A DNA stretch of 13,297 nt from a virus. Taxonomy: Duplodnaviria > Heunggongvirae > Uroviricota > Caudoviricetes. Positions 1 through 5,979 of this stretch are shown here, in pieces. Below the pieces are notes generated by a model that did no database searches, was not told where the DNA came from, and saw nothing but the letters and a program-made list of their open reading frames with translations. The DNA is taken from IMG/VR virus record IMGVR_UViG_2541047827_000004; one strand, 5' to 3'. The position numbers and the translations under genes were made by a program. Every line of letters begins with the position of its first letter. Positions within the stretch are counted from its first letter, which is position 1.

Positions 1-74
1 CGCGGATTCAGGTGCTGGTACTGAATTCACCGGGAGGCACCCGGCACCATGCAATGGCACATAGCGCCACTCTC

Positions 75-110
75 CAGCCCCTCTCCGGAGGGGCTGTTTA
101 TATTGATTTT
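75..110 (+). terminator. Intrinsic terminator-like hairpin, possibly the tR'-like late-leader terminator
   Basis: Perfect 9-bp stem CAGCCCCTC (75-83) / GAGGGGCTG (88-96) with a 4-nt loop, followed by TTTATATTGATTTT. The late promoter itself would lie upstream of the window. Confidence 0.5.
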
Positions 111-130
111 GTCAGATGTGAGTAAACTGC

Positions 131-466
131 TTATGGACTTTGTTGTTTTAGCCCATAAGGACATATTTGCAGAGTGCAACGGTTATTAAAGCATTCATTC
201 AATACGTTATCTGTATTTGTAGGGCATTCCTGGCTGTTTTTGATTAAATTCCAGAATGTTTTATTGAATGGTACTACGTTGTAAATGGTTACAGGTAGCA
301 CTTTGTTATTGAGCATGATACCTGTGTGAGTCAGTGTAAATATACTTTCAGGAGGTAAGAAAGCATCCGATTGATACCAGATTATTAATTTTATTTTACT
401 CCATATGACTGAAAAAGATATTCCGCATGATGGCTGGATAACTGTATCAATCACAATCCACTTCAT
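131..466 (-). CDS. Hypothetical protein (111 aa) in an AT-rich island; no recognisable domain
   Basis: Intact ORF with ATG at 466-464 preceded on the minus strand by AAGGAA about 5 nt upstream. Markedly AT-rich compared with flanking phage genes, and opposite in orientation to the late operon. Confidence 0.45.
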   Translation of the reverse strand: MKWIVIDTVIQPSCGISFSVIWSKIKLIIWYQSDAFLPPESIFTLTHTGIMLNNKVLPVTIYNVVPFNKTFWNLIKNSQECPTNTDNVLNECFNNRCTLQICPYGLKQQSP

Positions 467-726
467 TTAGTTTCCTTGTTTATGCCTTGCTGGTGATGTT
501 CTGAAAAGTATAAATGATATTTTTGATTGTAAACCATAGAGCAGAATTATTTTTCTGATGTTGTTTATTGTTTATTTAAATGCAGGGTGGTTTATATCTC
601 GTCTTGTAGTTTATCCATGCATATCTGCTTGATGATGAGGTTTTTATTTAAGGTATGGTTTTGTGTTTTTTCTGTATTACATGTCAGGTATTTTAAAGAA
701 TCATTTTTCAGATGGTGGAAAGAACC

Positions 727-915
727 ATGGCATTTAAACACTATGATGTTGTCAGGGCGGCGTCGCCGTCAGATCTTGCGGAAAAGCTGACACATAAACT
801 GAAAGAGGGCTGGCAGCCGTTTGGTAGTCCGGTGGCCATAACCCCTTATACCCTGATGCAGGCGATTGCAGCAGAAGGTGATGTGGTCGTCAGTGGTGCA
901 ACTGAGCCGGAGTGA
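727..915 (+). CDS. Small conserved lambdoid-phage protein (62 aa), possibly DUF1737-like (from memory, unverified)
   Basis: ATG at 727 (MAFKHYDVV...) within ORF 712..915. The sequence resembles small proteins I recall upstream of holin genes in E. coli prophages. Confidence 0.55.
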   Translation: MAFKHYDVVRAASPSDLAEKLTHKLKEGWQPFGSPVAITPYTLMQAIAAEGDVVVSGATEPE

Positions 916-1073
916 TACTACGTCATCGTACTGGCCCGGCATTCCAGGCCATAAAAGACGGTCTGGCAGTGGGACTAAATGCACTGACGCTGACGGATAT
1001 TACCAAAAATGCAACGTATGGCGTTGAGATAGAAAGTCTGGTGCTGGAGATAAATGCACCGGCATCATCATAA
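912..1073 (+). CDS. Possible small ORF (54 aa, GTG start) coupled to the upstream gene
   Basis: GTG at 912-914 overlaps the TGA stop of the preceding gene (GTGA overlap); open frame to TAA at 1071-1073. Not in the ORF track (under 60 aa) and no independent RBS. Confidence 0.25.
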   Translation: MILRHRTGPAFQAIKDGLAVGLNALTLTDITKNATYGVEIESLVLEINAPASS

Positions 1074-1158
1074 AAAGTGAGCCAGTCAAATGGAAGGTAT
1101 CGTTAAACTCACCGGTAGTGTCAGTGGGTCGTCTGAGATGCCTGCATGAGTTATCAGA

Positions 1159-1190
1159 GCCATCAGTACTTAACTGGTGGCTTTTTTATT
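1159..1190 (+). terminator. Intrinsic terminator immediately upstream of the holin gene
   Basis: Stem GCCATCAG (1159-1166) / CTGGTGGC (1174-1181) with one G-U wobble and a 7-nt loop, followed by TTTTTTATTGTTG. It sits 33 nt before the holin start. Confidence 0.45.
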
Positions 1191-1222
1191 GTTGTCAGCT
1201 TCCGGATAACGGGAGACGGGGT

Positions 1223-1438
1223 ATGTACCAGATGGAAAAAATCACAACAGGTGTGTCATACACCACGTCAGCGGTGGGAACGGGCTACTGGTTCCTGCAG
1301 TTGCTGGACAGGGTTTCCCCGTCTCAGTGGGCGGCAATAGGCGTGCTGGGGAGTCTGCTGTTTGGGCTGCTGACATATCTGACTAACCTGTATTTCAAAA
1401 TCAAAGAGGACCGGCGTAAGGCGGCGCGGGGAGAGTAA
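1223..1438 (+). CDS. S: Class II holin (pinholin, phage 21 S21 / DLP12 EssD-like) with dual-start motif
   Basis: Translation [71 protein letters not shown] closely matches the remembered S21 pinholin. Two in-frame Met codons (1223 and 1232) give the antiholin/holin dual start. GGAG lies about 10 nt upstream. The long ORF 1118..1438 is an N-terminal over-extension. Confidence 0.9.
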   Translation: MYQMEKITTGVSYTTSAVGTGYWFLQLLDRVSPSQWAAIGVLGSLLFGLLTYLTNLYFKIKEDRRKAARGE

Positions 1439-1439
1439 A

Positions 1440-2333
1440 GTGATGAATAAAAAATATGAACTGGTTGTTAAGGGGATAAATAATTACGGGGATAAGGTTA
1501 CTGTTACTGTGAAGTCGGAAGGTGACGGGCAAGCGTCGCTGTTGTTGCCAGATGTGGCGATTAGTCTTGACCGTACTGAAGGTGCCACGCTGGAGTTTTA
1601 CGAAGCTGAGGCGAAAAAGCAGGCGAAGCAGTTTTTCATGGATGTTGCTGCCGGGTTATGTGAAGGGGATGAGCAGTCGCCGGAAAAGCGCCCCGTAATT
1701 TTAGAGGCGCAGGATGTGTTGATAACCTACAAAGGAAAGCTACCGGGAAGAATTACTTGTTCTCTGAAGATGCCGCCGTCAACACTGCGGTCAGAAAAAG
1801 ATGATGTTGAATCACGTATTGAAAAACTGGAGAGCTACGTCGTTGAGCTGAATAAGAAATGGTCGATATTGGTGCCTTCTGGCGATGAAAAGCAGTTTGC
1901 TGCGTTTGACGATTATTGTCGGAAAGTGATGAGCAGAAATCTCGCAGAGTGTTTCAGTATTCATAATGATAATTTCAGTGACCCGGAATGGGAGTGTAAC
2001 CGGCCATCCTTTGTTGTATCCGGTGATGCTGGGAAAATAACCATCTCAGAAAATGGGAAAGTAACACCTCCATCGCACCAGCACAGTGAGGAGCTCATTG
2101 AATTTGCCATTGATTACCTGAAGAACAATAAAAAGCAGGGGCTGATGAAGCGCGTTGGCCGTTGCATGGGATATCTTCAGGTAGCCGCTGAGATTGAAGC
2201 GCTGGCCAGTGGTGCTGATAAGGATGCAATTGTGCGGGAGGCTCTTCTTCGTGATTTTAATACTCCACCCTTTAAAAAAGGGCCGGCTTACTGGCTTCAT
2301 CCGGGGCTGACTTATCTTAAAGTGCGTATTTAG
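1440..2333 (+). CDS. Hypothetical soluble protein (296-297 aa) inserted between holin and endolysin; function unknown
   Basis: Long intact ORF. The likely start is ATG 1443 (GTG at 1440 also in frame), with GGGGAGAG 7 nt upstream, 4 nt after the holin stop. No predicted TM segment or signal peptide and no motif I recognise; six Cys residues. Confidence 0.75.
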   Translation: MMNKKYELVVKGINNYGDKVTVTVKSEGDGQASLLLPDVAISLDRTEGATLEFYEAEAKKQAKQFFMDVAAGLCEGDEQSPEKRPVILEAQDVLITYKGKLPGRITCSLKMPPSTLRSEKDDVESRIEKLESYVVELNKKWSILVPSGDEKQFAAFDDYCRKVMSRNLAECFSIHNDNFSDPEWECNRPSFVVSGDAGKITISENGKVTPPSHQHSEELIEFAIDYLKNNKKQGLMKRVGRCMGYLQVAAEIEALASGADKDAIVREALLRDFNTPPFKKGPAYWLHPGLTYLKVRI

Positions 2334-2369
2334 TGGGCCAGGGACAGCGGCTGAATATTTAATATATCC

Positions 2370-2903
2370 ATGAACACCAAAATCAAATACGGCCTGTCGG
2401 CTGCCGTTCTGGCGCTGATTGCCGCTGGTGCGCCTGCGCCTGACATTCTCGACCAGTTTCTGGATGAAAAGGAAGGTAACCACACCACGGCATACCGTGA
2501 TGGTGCAGGTATCTGGACCATCTGCCGTGGTGCCATCATGGTGGATGGCAAACCTGTCGTTCCGGGCATGAAGTTGTCGAAGGAAAAATGCGACCGGGTT
2601 AACGCCATTGAGCGTGATAAAGCGCTGGCGTGGGTGGAGAAAAACATCAGAGTGCCGCTGACCGAACCCCAGAAAGCGGGGATCGCGTCATTCTGTCCGT
2701 ACAACATTGGTCCCGGTAAGTGTTTCCCGTCGACGTTTTATAAACGAATTAATGCAGGTGATCGCAGGGGAGCGTGTGAGGCGATTCGCTGGTGGATTAA
2801 GGACGGTGGCAGAGACTGCCGTATTCGTTCAAACAACTGCTACGGTCAGGTATCCCGTCGTGACCAGGAGAGCGCGCTGGCGTGCTGGGGTATCGACAGA
2901 TAA
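2370..2903 (+). CDS. R: SAR endolysin (T4-lysozyme-like muramidase, phage 21 R21 / DLP12 RrrD-like)
   Basis: N-terminal weakly hydrophobic Ala/Gly-rich segment (GLSAAVLALIAAGAPAP) typical of a signal-anchor-release domain. Canonical lysozyme catalytic triad spacing E-x8-D-x5-T in EGNHTTAYRDGAGIWT. Close match to remembered RrrD. Confidence 0.9.
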   Translation: MNTKIKYGLSAAVLALIAAGAPAPDILDQFLDEKEGNHTTAYRDGAGIWTICRGAIMVDGKPVVPGMKLSKEKCDRVNAIERDKALAWVEKNIRVPLTEPQKAGIASFCPYNIGPGKCFPSTFYKRINAGDRRGACEAIRWWIKDGGRDCRIRSNNCYGQVSRRDQESALACWGIDR

Positions 2904-2992
2904 GCAGAATATTTTGCTGAAAAATAAGGTATGGCCACGCGGGCGGATAACACGAAATCCTGCGAACTGGCGAAACGTAAGTGAATAAAAGT

Positions 2993-3033
2993 AAAAACCC
3001 CGTTTGTTGGCACCAAGCGAGGTTTTGTGTTTC
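2993..3033 (+). terminator. Possible intrinsic terminator/attenuator downstream of the endolysin gene
   Basis: Imperfect stem AACCCCG (2996-3002) / CGAGGTT (3018-3024) with one mismatch, followed by a U-rich tract TTTTGTGTTTCT. Confidence 0.3.
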
Positions 3034-3059
3034 TGACCTTGAGTAAGGCAAGGGAGAAC

Positions 3060-3242
3060 ATGGCGAAGTGTAAACGAATTCTGTTGAGGTTGACTATGAA
3101 AAATGGCCTTGAACTGAAAGCGCCTGTAACTGATGACATCAGCAGAGCACTGGCTTTTGCCATTAAGTGGGTGGCGGTCGGTGTTGCTGTGTCCCCGATG
3201 CTGTATGGGCTGGCAAAACTGGTCATTGCGTTGAAATCGTGA
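3060..3242 (+). CDS. Small hypothetical protein (60 aa) with a C-terminal hydrophobic segment
   Basis: ATG at 3060 preceded by AGGGAGA. Translation [11 protein letters not shown]...[29 protein letters not shown] has a basic N-terminus and a hydrophobic C-terminus. Lies between endolysin and Rz. Confidence 0.4.
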   Translation: MAKCKRILLRLTMKNGLELKAPVTDDISRALAFAIKWVAVGVAVSPMLYGLAKLVIALKS

Positions 3243-3256
3243 AGGGAGGATTAAGC

Positions 3257-3388
3257 ATGTCAGACAAACTCATAACGCTGGCGAAGATCCTCTGTGTAAT
3301 TGTCGGCATTTCATTTTCACTAATGCTGGTTGCTCTTTTTCTTTCCATGGCCTGGATGATGTTGTCTTCGTCGGGGTTGCTGGGGTGA
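3257..3388 (+). CDS. Small hydrophobic single-TM protein (43 aa), stop overlapping the Rz start
   Basis: ATG at 3257 with GGGAGG 6 nt upstream. Translation [43 protein letters not shown]. Its TGA (3386-3388) overlaps the Rz GTG (3385-3387) as GTGA. Confidence 0.4.
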   Translation: MSDKLITLAKILCVIVGISFSLMLVALFLSMAWMMLSSSGLLG

Positions 3389-3858
3389 ACATAAACCGAA
3401 TGCTTTCCGCGTTTATCGTTATTCTGCTGGTGGCCTGTGGTGCGCTGTGGATGGCAACAGACCATTACCGTGATAACGCGATTACCTACAAAGCGCAGCG
3501 CGATAACAAAGCCAGTGAACTGAAGCTGGCGAACGCAACCATTACTGATATGCAGGTGCGCCAGCGCGATGTTGCTGCGCTCGATGCAAAATACTCGAGG
3601 GAATTAGCCGATGCGAGAGCTGAAAATGAAACTCTTCGCGCTGACGTTGCCGCTGGTCGTAAGCGCCTGCGGATCAACGCCACCTGTCCAGGCTCCGTGC
3701 GTGAAGCCCCCACCACCTCCGGCGTGGATAATGCAACCGGCCCCCAACTGGCAGACACCGTTACACGGGATTATTTCACCCTCAGAGAGCGGCTGATGAC
3801 GATGCAGAAGCAACTGGAAGGGGCGCAGGAATATATCCGTACTCAGTGCCTGAAATAA
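3385..3858 (+). CDS. Rz: Rz inner-membrane spanin (i-spanin)
   Basis: N-terminal TM followed by ...[51 protein letters not shown]..., near-identical to remembered lambda Rz. Start is GTG 3385 or ATG 3400. Confidence 0.9.
   Translation: MNINRMLSAFIVILLVACGALWMATDHYRDNAITYKAQRDNKASELKLANATITDMQVRQRDVAALDAKYSRELADARAENETLRADVAAGRKRLRINATCPGSVREAPTTSGVDNATGPQLADTVTRDYFTLRERLMTMQKQLEGAQEYIRTQCLK
3626..3796 (+). CDS. Rz1: Rz1 outer-membrane lipoprotein spanin (o-spanin), embedded in the +1 frame of Rz
   Basis: [56 protein letters not shown]: lipobox VVSAC and proline-rich core matching remembered lambda Rz1 ([14 protein letters not shown]). Nested entirely within Rz. Confidence 0.85.
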   Translation: MKLFALTLPLVVSACGSTPPVQAPCVKPPPPPAWIMQPAPNWQTPLHGIISPSESG

Positions 3859-4184
3859 GTTTTGTTGATGCGCCGTATCGTCGCTATATTCCCTCATTAA
3901 CAGAGACCGCAGCCCGACAGGGAGACTCCTCTGCGCGAGTGTGCGGGGATAATCAAAAACGATACACACCGGGGTTTACCGCGTTAACGGAGCGCGGCGT
4001 TGTCCCCTCATAGTCGCCTGTCCGGTGCGATGGTGGAAGAAACAGGAAGCTGTATTACAGAAAGTGCTACTACTGTATCCCGATGCGATGTATGTAATGT
4101 GAGTCAGATAATGGCACAGGATGTGGTGATGTGGCAGTCTGGAACACAGGATATATTGTCAGAATAAGACCCGTAGGAATAAAA

Positions 4185-4511
4185 ATGAAAAGACGCCTTT
4201 TACTACTTTTTCTGTTATCTGTCCTGGCAGTGGGATGCTCGCAGCAAAAAGCTGATGAGCCCCGGCAATTAGTGACGGTGTATCCACGATATCCGGAATA
4301 TGCTGCAGCAAATTATATCAAGGGGCTGGTTGAGGTTAAGTTCGATATTGGTGCTGATGGGACTGTGACACGGATCGTTTTTCTCCGCTCAGAGCCTCAT
4401 AATTTGTTTCGTGATGAAGTGGTGAAGGCCATGGCGAAATGGCGATTTGAAAAGAATCGCCCCTGTCAGGGAGTGAAGAGACAATTTATCTTTACGCCGT
4501 CACGTCCTTGA
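4185..4511 (+). CDS. Small lipoprotein with a TonB C-terminal-like domain (109 aa)
   Basis: ATG 4185 with AGGAA upstream. Signal peptide plus lipobox (LAVGC). The mature part, VYPRYPEYAAANYIKGLVEVKFDIGADGTVTRIVFLRSEPHNLFRDEVVKAMAKWRF, aligns motif-for-motif with the E. coli TonB C-terminal domain ([53 protein letters not shown]). Confidence 0.75.
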   Translation: MKRRLLLLFLLSVLAVGCSQQKADEPRQLVTVYPRYPEYAAANYIKGLVEVKFDIGADGTVTRIVFLRSEPHNLFRDEVVKAMAKWRFEKNRPCQGVKRQFIFTPSRP

Positions 4512-4603
4512 TGCTTCCAGGTAGAGAGGGGCTGGACGCAGGAGAAAAATGAAAGAGCCAGCGGTTATATTTTTGTCATGGCTGACGAGGAATGATGGAA
4601 GAA

Positions 4604-4626
4604 GGCGTTGTATGCCACACAACGCC
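4604..4626. terminator. Hairpin between convergent genes (possible bidirectional terminator)
   Basis: Perfect 8-bp stem GGCGTTGT (4604-4611) / ACAACGCC (4619-4626) with a 7-nt loop; T-rich sequence follows on the + strand. The U tracts are interrupted, so it is weak as a canonical terminator. Confidence 0.3.
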
Positions 4627-4633
4627 TCACTGT

Positions 4634-4813
4634 TCATTTCTTCTTTTTCTCTGGTGGAACCCGATGAATAAGAGTTGCACTGGTTTCCGATGAGATGGCG
4701 ATATACTCGGGCAAAGTATGCTGGCAGTTTTCCAACTGGTCAAAAATACCTGCTCTCGTCTGTTGCAATGCCTGCAGCATGCGGCGGCAATGCGCCTTGC
4801 TTTTACTAACCAT
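4634..4813 (-). CDS. Hypothetical small protein (59 aa)
   Basis: ATG at 4813-4811 preceded on the minus strand by GAGGAAGGAAAG. The longer 117-aa ORF (4634..4987) overlaps the next minus-strand gene and is probably an over-extension. Confidence 0.3.
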   Translation of the reverse strand: MVSKSKAHCRRMLQALQQTRAGIFDQLENCQHTLPEYIAISSETSATLIHRVPPEKKKK

Positions 4814-4874
4814 CTTTCCTTCCTCTATCAGTCGCTGCGTGAACTCATCATGTAATACCAGGTAAATGCGGATG

Positions 4875-5126
4875 TTATCGGTTTTGGCTACGCAGCATAG
4901 TACAAAACGGACAGGTGCATCCCGGGACGGGGGAGGCGTCACATGTCCCTGTGATGGTTGTTCCGGGTAATGCACTGTGTGGGGCATAAAAATGTCCGAT
5001 AATTTTACTTTCTACCGCAGTTAGTTGATTCGTTGGTCCTGGTAGCACATTGGGCGAGGATTTAAATGCCAGGCAACTGAAGGATGATGTTGCAAGGGAG
5101 ATAGCGAGAATATTTCTGATTTTCAT
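4875..5126 (-). CDS. Hypothetical secreted Cys-rich small protein (83 aa)
   Basis: ATG at 5126-5124 with AGAGG about 9 nt upstream. N-terminal signal-peptide-like MKIRNILAISLATSSFSCLA; C-terminal Cys cluster TGTCDASPVPGCTCPFC. Lies just inside cos in the bor-like moron slot. Confidence 0.4.
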   Translation of the reverse strand: MKIRNILAISLATSSFSCLAFKSSPNVLPGPTNQLTAVESKIIGHFYAPHSALPGTTITGTCDASPVPGCTCPFCTMLRSQNR

Positions 5127-5262
5127 TTGATGATGCCTCTGTGTGAAATGACGGTAAACGACGCACTTGTGCCGGCACATAATAGCAAGCACCATAATAG
5201 ATCAGATTCGATTCTTGCTGTAAGTGATAATTATTCTCGTTTTCGGGTCCTTTCCGTCGATC

Positions 5263-5425
5263 CAACAGGTTACGGGGCGGCGACCTCGCGGGTTTTCGCT
5301 ATTTATGAAAATTTTCCGGGAACCATGTCCGGTTTCTCTTCAAGTTAACTATATGAAAAATAAAAAAAGAGGTCTTCTGTGAACCGGACATGCACAAAAA
5401 ATAGACATGTAAGCCGGACATGACC
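5263..5425 (+). promoter_or_regulatory. cos: cos site: cosN cohesive-end site (GGGCGGCGACCT, 5275..5286) plus cosB with three terminase-binding-like repeats
   Basis: CAGGTTACGGGGCGGCGACCTCGCGGGTTTTCGCTATTTATGAAAATTTTCCGG matches the lambda cos sequence as I remember it. Downstream repeats CATGTCCGG (5324-5332, inverted) and CCGGACATG (5384-5392 and 5414-5422) flank an AT-rich spacer. Located immediately upstream of the terminase genes. Confidence 0.85.
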
Positions 5426-5469
5426 GGTTTTGTTGTGATTGTGAAGTGAGAGTTTTTGCGAGGTGAGGA

Positions 5470-5979
5470 GTGGCTACGCAGACTGAAGTTGCCAGGCATT
5501 TAAGTCTGACCGATCGCCAGCTTCGCAGATTGCAGAAATTGCCGGGTGCCCCGATATCGAATAAGCGAGGGCAACTGGATCTGGATGCCTGGCGCGATTT
5601 TTACATATCGTATCTGAGAAGAAGTAAAAACGATGTGCCTGATGGCGATAGCGAAGACGACTATGAGGAGAAATTGCTTATTGCCAGATGGGAACTGACA
5701 GCAGAACAGGCTGTTACACAGCAGTTAAAAAATGAGGTGTCAAAAGGAAAACTTATTGATACCGGGTTCTGTATTTTTGCCCTCAGCAAGCTGGCAATGG
5801 CGTTATCCAGTACGCTTGATTCCATCCCTTTATCCATGCAGCGACAGTTTCCTGATTTAACACCGCGCCATCTTGACCATCTGAAAACCCTTATTGCGAA
5901 GGGGGCAAATCAGTGTGCGCGGGCGGGGGATAAATTACCGGATTTACTCGATGAATATATCAGAGCAACAACTGAATAA
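5470..5979 (+). CDS. nu1: Terminase small subunit (Nu1 / phage 21 gp1 family)
   Basis: GTG start at 5470 with GAGGTGAGGAG upstream. The C-terminal two-thirds resemble Nu1-family proteins; the N-terminal putative DNA-binding region is divergent. The 3' end overlaps the terminase large subunit start, as in lambda. Confidence 0.8.
   Translation: MATQTEVARHLSLTDRQLRRLQKLPGAPISNKRGQLDLDAWRDFYISYLRRSKNDVPDGDSEDDYEEKLLIARWELTAEQAVTQQLKNEVSKGKLIDTGFCIFALSKLAMALSSTLDSIPLSMQRQFPDLTPRHLDHLKTLIAKGANQCARAGDKLPDLLDEYIRATTE

Noticed and set aside
1-60. Possible 3' end of a tRNA at the window start (a small CCGGG/CCCGG hairpin and a CCA-like ending), since lambdoid phages often carry tRNAs between Q and the lysis genes
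   Set aside because: Only a fragment is visible; the T-arm loop length and consensus do not fit, and no cloverleaf can be built from the available bases.
1118-1438. Long 106-aa ORF version of the holin, and overlapping ORF 1146..1340
   Set aside because: Holin homology begins at Met 1223 with a dual-start motif and an RBS; the upstream extension runs through the terminator hairpin and has no homology. ORF 1146..1340 is an out-of-frame overlap.
2929-2982. 17-codon mini-ORF (MATRADNTKSCELAKRK) downstream of the endolysin
   Set aside because: Too short, and its RBS spacing is too tight to call; it could be a leader peptide but there is no support.
2707-3226. ORFs 2707..2988 (+), 2797..3051 (-) and 2846..3226 (-) overlapping the endolysin 3' end and the downstream spacer
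   Set aside because: They overlap a confidently assigned gene in other frames or strands, with no RBS or recognisable product; likely spurious.
5127-5348. ORF 5127..5348 (+, 73 aa) spanning cosN
   Set aside because: It runs straight across the conserved cos site and has no RBS; the region is explained by cos.
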